Shown one piece after another: positions 1-13,338 of a DNA stretch of 64,000 nt. The stretch spans positions 372,001 to 436,000 of the forward strand of contig QPGO01000005.1 of assembly GCA_008632985.1 (NCBI GenBank), given 5' to 3'. The notes beneath the pieces are model-generated. The model was not told the origin of the DNA. It made no database searches and worked only from the letters and a program-made list of their open reading frames with translations. The DNA comes from Psammoneis japonica. Taxonomy: Eukaryota. Positions within the stretch are counted from its first letter, which is position 1, and every line of letters starts with the position of its first letter. Both the position numbers and the translations under genes were made by a program.

Positions 1-1724
1 CGTCTCGTTCCACATTTGTCTTTTCCCCCGACAGAATCCCCCACGAGGAAACAGTAGGGCACGTCCCCACCCGTCAATTCTGCAAAGGCAGATACAATGG
101 AGTTGCTTACGGCTTTGCATTCGATGCAGAGTTTACCAACCTTTGAATTTTCACGATAACGACGCAGAAACTGCCCCACTTCTAGTGCATCTGGGACGCC
201 TCGGAAGGAGACAAAAAAGTTGTCTTTCTCAAAAGAACTATCAACAACTTGTTGCAAGTTCTTGACTGCCATGTGATAATCACCGACGGTGTAGAGTTTG
301 GGCTGACGCAACGCAGCGTTGAACTGCGGCAAAAGCCCCCATAGTTTTATCAGGTACGACTCCATGTCGGTGGAGGCAAACACCCCACGAAAGCGATTGA
401 CAACGTCGGCAGCCCGTTGGACGGCCTTTTCTAGCTTGCATGTAGTCAAACACAGTGAGTAGAGACGATTCGCTTCTTCGAGTCGATCATACATGTCCTG
501 GAGTGTCAAGGGATTGCTTTTTGCTTGTGGCGACGAAAGGCTCTTTCTTTGTTCTGGATTGCCGCCACTACGAATAAGGCTGCGTCTCCTGGAGTCCTTT
601 CGTTGCTTCAGAAAGAGCTGTCTATCCACGCAATCGCAGGAAAGCCCAAGGCCGCAAGAAAATGGAACGGTTGCTTCAATACATACAACCACCTTGGCAA
701 GTTGTGCTTTGGTCAAGCTGTTCTTCAAAACCCTCACAGCCACAATTGATGCAAGAAGCTTGTCCTTGATGTATGATTGAAGCTCTTGTAGTTGTGGTTT
801 CTCCGGTTTGACACCAAACATTGTCATAACCATATCAACGAGTAGGTCCTCCCCGTGTTTGTAAGCGTTGCCATCAGCATTTTGAGGAGCAAAGTAATTG
901 ATACCGTTGTCCCCCATCAATACCAAAATGTCCTCCACCAATTCGTGCAAGTTCGCACACAAATGTCCACTATCCATTTCGAAACTCACAACGTTGGAGA
1001 AGTAAATCGCCAGCATCTGAAAAGGGTCGGCACCATGGGATACTTCAAACATGGTATCGATTCCCATGAGCGGTGCCCGCTGGATGTTTGACATGCAATC
1101 ATGAATGCAAATGGCCCATGATTCCAGTTCCTCGTCGGACTCTTGTCCGTTCAAAAAGTCAATGCTACACTTTAGATCCAAAACGAGACGGGTCAAATAG
1201 GTAGGCTGTTCTTTCTCAAACAGTTCTTGTCTCGTTTTCCCAAAGGCTCGAGTACCCCCAGCGTTGACAAAGCGAAAACATCCACCCTGGCTGGCCTGCA
1301 GATTCAGCGACCTCCCGGCCAGAAAGTTGCAGAACTCTTCATACGAAACAAACCCCTTGCTTTTCACGTCCATGGCGTTGAATGTCTGCTGTGAATCGGT
1401 AATCGATAGGCTCGATGCTGTCTTCATGAAATCCTTTTTGTACAACCGTTCCTCTGTATCATTCGAAGTCGTCTGAAACCACAAGTTGTTGTACAGCGCT
1501 AGATAACGCAGAAAGAGCTCGAACTCATTTCTGTCAATGAATCCATCCTTATTCACGTCGGAAGCGCGGTATGCTCTCATAATAGCCGACTTGTGCCGAT
1601 ATCTCGGCCACACAGTGCGGACAGCCGCCTCCAATTCACAAATGTTGAGTTTGCCGGTGCCGTTGAAGTCCAGCCCATCAAAGGTGCGCAAGCACGTTTC
1701 GGTGTCAGGAACGGAGACAATCAT
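1..1724 (-). CDS. EF-hand (calflagin-like) protein fused to a degenerate HD-like helical domain; runs off the window edge
   Basis: Hand translation from ATG 1724: MIVSVPDTETCLRTFDGLDFNGTGKLN...AIMRAYRASDVNKDGFIDRNEFELFLRYL...FNAMDVKSKGFVSYEEF (EF loops), then VVVCIEATVPF and LWGLLPQFNAALR. No stop seen before position 1, so it is absent from the ORF track. Confidence 0.7.
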   Translation of the reverse strand, partial: MIVSVPDTETCLRTFDGLDFNGTGKLNICELEAAVRTVWPRYRHKSAIMRAYRASDVNKDGFIDRNEFELFLRYLALYNNLWFQTTSNDTEERLYKKDFMKTASSLSITDSQQTFNAMDVKSKGFVSYEEFCNFLAGRSLNLQASQGGCFRFVNAGGTRAFGKTRQELFEKEQPTYLTRLVLDLKCSIDFLNGQESDEELESWAICIHDCMSNIQRAPLMGIDTMFEVSHGADPFQMLAIYFSNVVSFEMDSGHLCANLHELVEDILVLMGDNGINYFAPQNADGNAYKHGEDLLVDMVMTMFGVKPEKPQLQELQSYIKDKLLASIVAVRVLKNSLTKAQLAKVVVCIEATVPFSCGLGLSCDCVDRQLFLKQRKDSRRRSLIRSGGNPEQRKSLSSPQAKSNPLTLQDMYDRLEEANRLYSLCLTTCKLEKAVQRAADVVNRFRGVFASTDMESYLIKLWGLLPQFNAALRQPKLYTVGDYHMAVKNLQQVVDSSFEKDNFFVSFRGVPDALEVGQFLRRYRENSKVGKLCIECKAVSNSIVSAFAELTGGDVPYCFLVGDSVGGKDKCGTR

Positions 1725-2629
1725 AATTTATTGTTTCCTGGCTTTCGAGTTTTAAAAACAGTCAAGATTTTTCTTCGCAGGTTTAATCTACGGTAATCAA
1801 TCTATCTCGCAATACAAGGAACAGGCTCTAGCTACTAGAGAGCAAAATGAGGACTTGTACGAGTTGGCAGCATGCGGCAGCAGCGCGGCGCAGATGGCGG
1901 CCATCGAAAAAAAATGTCGGAGTTCTGTGCGTGCGCGAAAAGGAGCGAGCGCTCGAGCGAGCGGGAAAATACCGTACCACGTGTTGTGCACCCGCCTAAT
2001 CCAAATCCAATCCACAAGATCCTGGATCCTGCGGATCACAGCTCATCACGATGGTGCAATGAGGTGCGATGTGCCTCTGCTTGCGCTGTTTGGTATTAAT
2101 AGTTTGCTTAGAGCTCACAGTATTCATCTGCCTCGGATGAACTGGCAAGGTTTAGAAAAGTAGGCGATTAAGTAACACGGCGAACTCACAATTTTGAGTG
2201 ATACCCAAGAGAAGATTCTTCTGGAGAGGATCAAAACAGGCAATGACGTTGTCGAGGCCTTTGACGATCGAATCCGTGACTAGAGAAAACTTTCAACAAC
2301 GCGAACAGCAGGAATGCGTCATTCTCGCTATTTGCTCTGTAAGGCCCAATGCATCGTTGACAATTTGCAGCTTCGTCGCCCGGTGATGGATATCATCCAT
2401 GAGGTGAGATCGAGCGTTGCAGTAGAGTACAATTGGATAATTCTTAAAATGTTTATTATATTTTCTACTGGAGTTCTATGTCTATCTTGAGTTGTCTAGT
2501 TTTCTATTCCTTTGTACAGCTATCGCGTTGCGATAACAATGGTCTTCTGGTTGTGGCGTCCCGGCGCTACTTATTGTACAGTCGTCTATTCTCGCATTTC
2601 TCACAACCACGAAACCTTTTACCCCCTTT

Positions 2630-3388
2630 CTATTTCTCGATTCGGTGTGGTAAAGATGAGAGTTGGCTGAACCACTCTGCTGTATCGTTGTCCGCCGTGG
2701 ATGTTGTGGTGGCGTCTTGTGCTTTACACGACATCGTCGTTGAAAGAATTGTCATCCAAAGAAACGAAAACGCCGCCATGAACGGTATGCGAAGATGGTC
2801 TGGCACAACGCTGAAAGACAACGCCTGAATCGGCGTCCAAAAGCCCCAATACTTAAAAAGCAAATCCTGGTGAACAACGTCATCGACGTATTTCCGTAGC
2901 CCTTCGCCAACGCTGTTACCAGAGATGACTGACTTTGTTGAGTAGGACAAGGGAAGGGGTAGATTGGGTGCCACAATCGCCATGTCGAACAACACCTTGG
3001 TGGCAACAATGAGCGGGTCTCTTCCATCACCAAACATTTCTGTGAAGAGATGGTTGTATATGAAATGTTGTGCGAGACCTTGATAAAACGCCCCATAAAT
3101 GAGAAAGCCAAGCATCCGATCCATTTCGAAAGCCTTTCCTCGTTGTCTGAATTGCGCAACGAGATCTGCGCCCGATGCCTTTGCTGCGCACGTAATCATT
3201 GCGGCCTCAGTTGGAGACTTGTTGTAAAATTCTCCAATCGCGTGAATACTGTCGACGGATTGAAGGACCGTTTGTGACATCTTCTGATCATTTTTTGCTA
3301 GCTTTGTAGAGAAAGCCGTGCATAATTCTCCGAGGCAGCCGCAGGCTAAAACCACCAGAGGGATAGTTCTCATTGTCTTTCTCGACAT
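2630..3388 (-). CDS. Mpv17/PMP22 family membrane protein, possibly with a bipartite plastid presequence
   Basis: Motifs TKVLFD and YWGFWTPIQALSFSVVPDHLRIPFMAAFSFLWMTILS. N-terminus MRTIPLVVLACGCLGELCTA-F resembles signal peptide + Phe. Confidence 0.85.
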   Translation of the reverse strand: MSRKTMRTIPLVVLACGCLGELCTAFSTKLAKNDQKMSQTVLQSVDSIHAIGEFYNKSPTEAAMITCAAKASGADLVAQFRQRGKAFEMDRMLGFLIYGAFYQGLAQHFIYNHLFTEMFGDGRDPLIVATKVLFDMAIVAPNLPLPLSYSTKSVISGNSVGEGLRKYVDDVVHQDLLFKYWGFWTPIQALSFSVVPDHLRIPFMAAFSFLWMTILSTTMSCKAQDATTTSTADNDTAEWFSQLSSLPHRIEK

Positions 3389-3964
3389 GGTTTTCTCTCG
3401 CTTTTTTCGCAAGGTGAAGTTGTCCGAATCGGTAAATGTGACTGATAATTTCGCACCTCGCTTTTGTTCGGCTCGGAGTTTCACAAAAAAGCGCTGTCAT
3501 CATCGGACATCGATCCCGAATTGCTTTCACGAATAAATATGTACTCCGCGATTTCATTCATGCGTCGGCACGCGTCCGCCACGTCATCGGGCTGTTTCGA
3601 ACATAACAACACGTGGGACCCAACTGCCGCAACCCAAATATTCATGCTCGTATAAAGTGAAAATTATAACATACCCAAATCATCAATCTCGAATATAAAG
3701 ATTCGTACAATAATGACCACGGGCGAAGGGCTGACCGGAACTTCCGTGCAAGTACGTACATACCATACCTTTTCTACGTGCGATTATCTTCTGGTACAAA
3801 AACTCCGTCTATTCTCACGTACGGAAAAGAATATACCAAGATCCACGTAGATGTCGCAAAACGTGGAGGTGACAGTACAAGACGCACAACACAAACAACA
3901 TCGCCGTCGCATCGCCCTTGGGATTATCGATTTCGCTGTTCTTCCTTCCCTCTTTAGCAGCGCC

Positions 3965-6900
3965 ATGAATGTTGTTCAACGAGCACGTGAGAGTGGTAAA
4001 TGCCCTCCGTCATTAATCAGCGATGACAGAGCGGCCGCAGATGGCGGCTTTGAAGCTGCTGTGCTTTCGGTGCTTGAAGGGCAGAGCGGTACGTTGCCTC
4101 CACGTCGTCTTTGTACTGATTCCTACGTAGCCATCTGCTACTTCTGAGATTCTTCGTCCTTGTGTCATCCGTATCTTTTTATTGTGTTCACCTTTGCCTT
4201 CGTTTGACTGGTCAACTGCCTGCTACTGGTGATGACTATCATTCTCGAACTGTGAGCTAACATCCATCTTGATTCTGCTGCTAAAATATATTGCAGGATT
4301 GATTCTTGGGACCGATTCGTCGGTTGCATCTAGGTTTACGACTGTGATTGAGGTAGGTGTCCGATGAAAGAATTTTGCAGTTGCTCGAAAGTGTTCCCGG
4401 TGCTCCAAAGAAGGAAGAGGGTTGGTGGCTTATCAAGAAGACGGGATTTAGGTTGGGGTTCCTCCAGGGTCTATTGTTGGTTCAAGACGACTCTAGAAGA
4501 TCTCTGTCCGCCGTACCGTTATCTTCTGCTCAGCGTGATTGTTCATGCGGTCAAGACGACTTAAAGACTGACCCGTCGTTAGTCAACCTCAAGGGGTATG
4601 GCTTGCCTTTAGACTGCCAATCAAGATCATGGAATTCCGTTAAGGCCATAATGGTTGTCACTCAGCAGAGACAGGCCTGAATTTTTCGGTGGCTGCGTCA
4701 CTCCTTAGACCTGGGCATAGTTCACTTAGACTACCCCACAATTCAATCAGCTACTTCTCTACCATACGATATTGGTTGCATTAGTACGGAACTTCTGCAT
4801 TAAACCATATATGACCATTGTCATGATAACTATTTTATGGAAGCAGCAACAAATCATCACAGTGCGAAATCGCTTTTGGGGTTATCAATAAACGTTAGTC
4901 GTAGTCGGGAGGACCCTGGCAGGAGCGGGGAGAAGATTTGTCGTGTGGTGCTGCCCGTCACATGGGAGACGACACTTTAATTCCCAAGGATCTTGAAGTC
5001 AAAGAGACCATCGCATCGCAGGCGGATTAGACTCCAGTTCCGAAAGAGACCCACCTTCAACCCGTGGAGCGAGCTTCTGAACTGATTTCACGTACGAAAA
5101 TGCTTTGCCAAAATCTAACTCTTTTGTCGTTTTATCTCTCTTCCTACTCGCTGTTGCAACTTACGGTGGTACCGCTACAACTCTAGATGGCTGATGGCGT
5201 AAATAGAATTCCTGACCAGGTAGAAGAAGGTCAAAAATCATCGGTGCTTGAATATCGGCGCTGCATAATTCTGACTATCGTTGGCACTGCACCAAGTAGT
5301 AATGCGTCGTTGAATCATATATTAGCAAATGGCTTCCTTCTCAATGTGAAGTCGTGGCTTGTGGATATTCTGTCCAGTTCGGTTGGTGAGTTCGAGCTAG
5401 ACCAACTTTGGAGTAGCTGCACTACATTCTTCCTTTCGCTAGACGGATGTTTACCCCAGCTCAATTTATATTGTGTGTAAATTGTTTCGTTGTACTCCCA
5501 CCAGGTGCAGTCGACCTGCTGCTTCACATGCTTTCGATGGTGAGTGAGCTTCCCGTTACGAAAGACATGGTGGTGTCATCGGGCCTGGGTAAAGCAATAG
5601 GCGCAGTAACAAAACATAAAATATGTATTGGATCGAAGAACGAAGCTGTTATCAAAGAAAAAGTTCAAAAGGTCAAAGATGACTGGAACGCTTCCGTAAA
5701 AGCTCGTAAAGGAAAGGTACGACGAAAGACCTGATGTGCGTCTCATTTGGTGGCCAACTGCCCCTGTCTAACTTCCACTTTCAAATGTCTGACTGTGCGT
5801 CTAAATTACAGAACAATGGCTCCGAAAAGGTGTCAAAGAAACGCCTATCGGACGAGCAGACGAATGAACGTTCCCCGGCCAAAAAGGCCAAAACTGCTTC
5901 GTCGTTTTCGAGCTTGCTCCAGAAAGTTTCGTCCACGGAGAGCCCTCCCATTGCTGAGAAGGCGCCAGAAGGTAACGGCGTCGCTCCTTCCATGGCTAAC
6001 GCAGTGCAGCAGGTAAAGCAGGATCTTGGGACGAGTTCTGTGACACATCCTACAGAGAAGAAATCGAACGAAGAAGCGAATGTGCAAGCGGCTGGTCAGT
6101 AGCTACATGTATACTCATCATCTGTCTTTTCCGTTTGCCGTGCTAAATGTTGTCTGTTGAAATGTGTATGTAGACGCCAATAAGAAGGCCGTAGCAAAGC
6201 GAGTCAAGTGGGCAGATCACTTTGGTGGGTCTCTTGAAGCATCTCGTGAGATTGAAAGTTCAGGTACTGATGCGCCCCATGGAGAAGACGGCGTTTCGTG
6301 GTCTGACCGTAGGAAGCGAGATAGACTACGCGAGAAGGAACTACTGGCGAAAGCAAAGTAAGTCATTCTTCTATGTTTTCCGGACGATCGCATGAAAATC
6401 TGTGGTCTAACACTGAACTTGCTTTTTGAATATTTTCCGAGCAGGAGATCCAAGATAATTGACGATGACGACGAAATGATTGAAGCTGCCACGATGAAGA
6501 TTACTGCTCCTTGGCGTCAGCCAAAGATGCTCACTGGTGTCGACGTCCCCGAATTAAAGTCAAGCGATGCGATTACTCAGGCCACGAGACTAGCTGCAAC
6601 GATGCCAGCACGTTACTTGTCAGAGGCGGACGTCCCTCGAAGTCCGGCTCCGTTGAGCGATGTCGACCAAGCTGCGGACTTGGCATCGCAATCGTCCACC
6701 GTCGCAGCTGTAATACCATTCTTTGCTCCCCCACCGGCGCCAGTACCGGCCCCTGCTCCAGTCGCAGAGATACCACCTCAGCAGCACATTCCTCCTGTGC
6801 TGCCTACTACATCGTTCTCCCCACTACCTGTTCCAAATGCCACAGTTGGCGGTGCTACCTCCGAAACTGTTGCAGCGATGGGGCTTCCTACATACCTTGC

Positions 6901-7911
6901 TGGGTCGAACCTTCAGGTGCTCCAGACGGTAGTTTCAACTCCGGGCCTGTTAAAAACCTTTGTGGACTCGAATGGCTTATATGACCAAACACGTCTGATG
7001 AGTCTAGTGCAAACGATGACACAGAGCATGGCCCCTGCTCAGCCAGCTAGTACTCTTGGCGGCTTCCAGCAGCCTGCAGGAGTTGGTAATACGGTGCAGA
7101 CGTCATATCAGCCGGCTCAGTCGTCTAGCCATTATGGACCATCATCTGGTAGAAGCGGATACCGTGGCGATCAAAATAATTCAGAGAATAATCTGCATGT
7201 GAGTGGATATGGACTCACAACCACACAGTCAGATATCGTAGCTCTCTTCACCCCTTACGTCAAAGTCGATGAAGTAGTGATGAAAAGCGGTTTCTCGTTT
7301 GTCAATACAAGCGATCCGGCCGGAGCCAAGCGTGCCAGAGAAGCCTTGAACGGTGCGTTGCTGGGTGGAAGCCCCATCCGAATCAATGTGGCTCAACGAA
7401 GGAATCGTGAATCCGCTCCCAGCTTCAGTGCTTCATCTTCAAGTCGCGTGATGCCCGCTCCCAGAAATTCATACGGCCAAATCGATTTAGACCAGGTACG
7501 CTCCACAAACCGGCTCCAACTGCTTTGTCTCCTTTCTTTGATGCAACATCTCATTCAGTTTTGTTCGATACTGTTCTAAACCAGGTGCGTGACGACAGAG
7601 GAAATCCGGCCACGAAGAACCTCTTTGTAGCGGGCTACGGTCCCGGAACATCAGAGCAAGAACTCCGAAACATCTTTTCTCAGCACGCGTCCATCACTGG
7701 GTGCGTAATGAAAGGAACTTTTAGCTTCGTCAACACCACAGACAAGCCGTCTGCTGTAAGTGCTCGTGAAGCTCTGTCTGGCTCAATGGTAAATGGAGGA
7801 GTACTGAGGATCAATTTTGCAAAGGAAACCGGACGATTGGGAACCAGTTTCGATACAACATACGGTACAAACACTCGGTCTCCCTATGCCAGACCTGTTA
7901 GCTACTCCTAG
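3965..7911 (+). CDS. PNUTS/PP1R10-like protein: TFIIS N-terminal-like domain, PP1-docking RVxW motif, two RRMs; about 8 exons
   Basis: Exons 3965-4088 and 4297-4352 join in frame to 5187; later introns at about 5386-5504, 5718-5811, 6095-6173, 6358-6445, 7496-7584. Motifs LPVTKDMVVSSGLGKAI...KDDW, KRVKWAD, NLHVSGY...FSFVN, NLFVAGY...FSFVN. Confidence 0.7.
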
Positions 7912-8644
7912 TTGAACAGTCATAGAGTGTGATAGATAGGCTCTTTTTCGAGTCCCCAGACGGAAGAAAATTGCAATATCCCCGTACCTTAGGTAGCTCA
8001 TTCATGTTGAGTACACCCCCTTCGAGCCGCGTCCCAGAACCAGATAACCCAAAATGCGGTGGTTGCGACTCGACTAAAATAAGAATGAATCTCCAACCAA
8101 AGTGCCAAAGAATTTCATGTTTCCAGATTTTCTTGATGTTCTTCGGACTTCCAATTCTTCACCTTTACAATTTCGAAGGATACTCGTAGGCATTGAGGAT
8201 GCTCCCTGCGGAACCGTAGACTCGCGAAGGGGAAGTTGCAACCCACAAAATAAAACGGTCATCCACAGGTCCACAGATTACGGGGTTTAGGCAATCTCTA
8301 TTGAGGCAACTATGGTATTGAAACATCCGAACGACTCTGCAGTATTCATAGCTACTCTAGCTTCGAGACCTCATGTCTCATGTCCATGTCTGCACTGATC
8401 CAAAATTGTGCCGAGCGAAGGGCGAACGTGAGTGGCGAGCGAGGGGCAGACTGGATTGACGTCAGCCTCACAGTTTGAAAGGAGAAAACGGTTGCCGCCG
8501 ACATTGCGACGCAATGCACAACGTTACCATGTGCATGTTGTATTGAAAACAGCAATCGTTGACCGCCGACTTGTAGTCTAATCTATTGGATACAACTTTC
8601 TGGGCTTTTGGTGGCTCCTTGTGAAATTGGTCTTTGACGAGTGA

Positions 8645-9841
<1,197 letters not shown>

Positions 9842-10238
9842 TTATGCTTACAAAAGAGCAAGGCTCTTGAGCTTTCCTACCTCGTACTGTACCACCACCT
9901 TGTGAACAACTTGTTTCCCCAGCTTTCCCGCCAATTTTCAACTGGTCATGAGACACAAACGTCATCACCTTGAGCATGATGTTTGATGGCGCGAAAGCAA
10001 ATCGTGCGGAGGGGTCTGCTGTCCATCAGAGCGGGCGAGCGATGGAGGATGGAGGGTTCAACTTTTGCTTCGCAGCTTCGAACTTCTGAACTTCGGTGGT
10101 CGGCAGTCGGTGAATGAATCGGTGAACAAGGTTGTATTCTTCTCTTCTCGCTTGTCTGTCCAGAAATTTGTGAGAAAAAGTTCGTTAAAGATTAGCAAGC
10201 TTGTTCCCCGGTTATTCCATTGGTGAAGGATTGGTAGA

Positions 10239-12463
10239 ATGATTTCTGCTTCTACTAGTCGTTCTTTGAGAAAGGTGTTTGCAAACAAGTTTCTAACGTC
10301 GCGGCCGAATCGACCGTCGTTTATCGCGTCAACACTGCCTTTAAATCAATCTCCTCGGCATAAATTCTCCTCGTCTGCCCAGGACTATGAAGAGTCAAGT
10401 GCATCTATTGGTAATTCTTACGTGCCACCATTTGACGAGAAGGGAAACGCTGCTACCAGTGAGTATGTGAACTTTCCGACTGTCGGAGAAGGGGGCGAAT
10501 CATCTTCAAAACCGGTGCTTTTGAACGCCAAGGAGCATGTGGTAGGGTATCTTAGCAGAATATTGAATGCCCGGGTTTACGAAGCTGCAATTGAGACGGA
10601 ACTACAACATGCAAAGAATTTGAGTGCAGTAAGTGCAAGTTCAACGACCAGAATGATTCAGGGCGACAAAGAATTTGATACTCACAAATTCTGCTTTTCA
10701 TTACGATGTAGCATCTAAACAACAATGTGTATCTAAAGCGGGAAGATAGCCAGCCGGTGTTCTCGTTCAAGATTCGCGGGGCTTTCAACAAGATGGCTCA
10801 TCTCTCAAAAGAGGAATTAAAGGTGGGCGTCGTGGCGTGTTCCGCTGGAAACCATGCTCAAGGTGTCGCTTTGTCGGCACGGATGCTTGGCTGTCGCGCT
10901 GTCATTGTGATGCCATTGGCGACGCCCTCCATCAAGGTGAATTCAGTGAGAGTACACGGTGGGTCAACTGTAGAAGTGCGACTCTTTGGCAACAACTACG
11001 ATGAAGCTGCTGCCGAGGCTAAGCGCCTCCAACAAGAGGAAGGGATGACAATGATTCATCCATTTGATGATCCCTATGTCATTGCTGGTCAGGGTACAAT
11101 AGGTAAGTTGTTTTGTATCCGATTAGTGATATACCTGTTAAAGCTTTCTCCTCACGAACTGTCAAAAAATGTCTTGTCCGTTGAAGGAATGGAGATTCTG
11201 AAGGAATGCGTCAGTAGCCCACTAGATGCGATTTTTGTGTGCTGTGGAGGTGGCGGCCTTCTTGCGGGTGTTGCTGCATATGTCAAGCGAGTCCGCCCGT
11301 CAGTAAAGGTTTATGGAGTGGAAGCCGCTGATGCTGCTGGCATGACAGCATCGCTTAGGGAGGGCAAGGTTGTGTCGTTAGATTCTGTTGGCTTGTTTGC
11401 CGACGGAGCGGCTGTGAAAACTATAGGAAGCGAAACTTTTCGTGTGTGCAACAAGCTTGTTGATGACATGATCACAGTCGACACAGATCAGATCTGCAAT
11501 GCCATCAAACTCAGTTACAACGACGCGTAAGTTATTTTGAATGTCTTGCACGAAATATTCATAAAAATGAAGCGAAACACACCGGATCTTACGAGGCTAA
11601 TTCTTTTCAATTTGTCTGGGTTAATTCGTTTCATTTTTTTCCTGTTCTTCTTTGCTTGGAATAGCCGGGTGGTGTTGGAACCTGCTGGTGCTTTGGCCGT
11701 TGCTGGGATGAAGAAATATATCGAAGAAACTGGCGTCTCTGGGAAGACTATGGTGGCTATTACATCCGGTGCGAATATGGACTTTGACAGATTGCGTTTC
11801 GTATCGGAACGAGCAGATGAATCTGAGCGAACTTTGGCTGTCACCATTCCTGAGACGCCTGGGTCCTTTCGATCTCTTTATTCTATGATTTGGCCTCGTA
11901 ACGTCACGGAATTTTCATACAGGTTCGAGTCCGAGGGCGAGGCACACGTTTTAATTTCCTTTCAGCCCGTGATGAACATTGAGAACGACTTTGAGGGTGT
12001 CGTCAGTAAACTACGTGAAAATGATTTTCAATGCGTTGATTTGAGCCACAATGAGCTTGCGTTGGCACACGTACGTCACCTAGCTGGTGGTCGTTCTGTC
12101 GTGCCGCATGAAAGACTGTATCGCTTTGATTTCCCAGAGGTAAGTCATGATGCATGCTCGGATTTGAATTGAACTTGTGAGAGCTCATTTAGTTCATCGC
12201 ACACGCTGATTTCCTTTTGTGATCAGTCTCCTGGAGCACTACAACGTTTTTTGCTCTCCCTTGACATTCACTGGAACGTAAGCCTATTTCATTATCGTAA
12301 CCATGGCGACGATTTTGGGCGAGTGCTGGTGGGAATCCAAGTTCCAGAAAAATGCGACAAATCCTTGACAAGCTTCCTTGGAACCCTCGGGTATCGCTAC
12401 GTTGAAGAGACTGATAATCCAGCATACCTAACATTCTTGCGAAGCTCTAACGGGAGAAGCTAG
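10239..12463 (+). CDS. ilvA: Biosynthetic threonine ammonia-lyase (threonine deaminase) with C-terminal ACT-like domains and organellar presequence; multi-exon
   Basis: YLKREDSQPVFSFKIRGA, SAGNHAQGVA, HPFDDPYVIAGQGT, GGGGL, FADGAAV, EPAGALAVAG, SGANMDFDRLR, WNVSLFHYRNHG. Confidence 0.97.
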
Positions 12464-12653
12464 GAGTAGGAAAGTACAATTCGCAACGAGCTAGGATAGT
12501 GCTAATGAAAGAGAGTTTTCGTCACTCTAGAGTTGAATGAAGATTTGCATCCGTTATGGTTCATGAAAAGTACGAATCTTTGCACCTTATTTTTACACGG
12601 CTAGGGAACACGCTGGCCGTGCCTGACATGTGCTACCATTGTGAAAGTTTGTC

Positions 12654-13071
12654 TTAGCCTCGGTGGGGAACCTCGACCACAATGTTATCAAGATTCACAT
12701 GGACTCGGACTCGGTCCATCCTATAGTCTGTTGTACTGATGTAACCGGGCATTAGGATCGAAACTTTTCCCTGCAAATCAGGCGAGGTTCTTAAAATGTA
12801 TCTAACACAAGCCTTGCCCTCCATTCCCATGCATCTTGGCCAAGACTTCCGACGTTTCAATCGACGATTGGAGTGCTCCTAAGAAGATAACGATGAGATG
12901 AGATTGTTAGAAGATGTGGTTTTCAGCGAGGTGATGTCTGACGAGAAATCATACCTGATCAGAAGCGAAAGCCTTTGTAGAAGTACCCTCGACAGCCCTT
13001 AGTACGCATATTATAAGGAGAAGTAGGACAGACAATCGGAGCGGTGGCGATAAAAGCAACGTCATGGTCAT
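12654..13071 (-). CDS. Secreted potato inhibitor I (I13) family serine protease inhibitor, 2 exons
   Basis: Hydrophobic signal (LSVLLLLIICVLRAVEG), intron about 12879-12954, then KSWPRCMGMEG...TTDYRMDRVRVHVNLDNIVVEVPHRG. Confidence 0.88.
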
Positions 13072-13338
13072 CAATCGCTTGCTAGCTTGTTGCACTCTGC
13101 GGTGCGGTGGTTGCTTTTTATTTTCGTCCGATAATGACCGATCTGTCAACACGGTCATTATGACTGGAGTGCAAAAAATGTCCAAAGGACTTTCCAGGCT
13201 GATCATTCTCACTTTTTCCACCACCATTCGTTTCTTTTATGTACGGTAATCTTTGTTACGGTGAACCTTAAAACCCTTTAACCACCTTCTGTAGAGAGTG
13301 TACTCATGATGAAGGGGTGAAGGCAACCCCTGGAGTTT

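Noticed and set aside
4715..4760. RNase P or group I intron motif (ttagactacc)
   Set aside because: Only a short resemblance; partner conserved regions not found.
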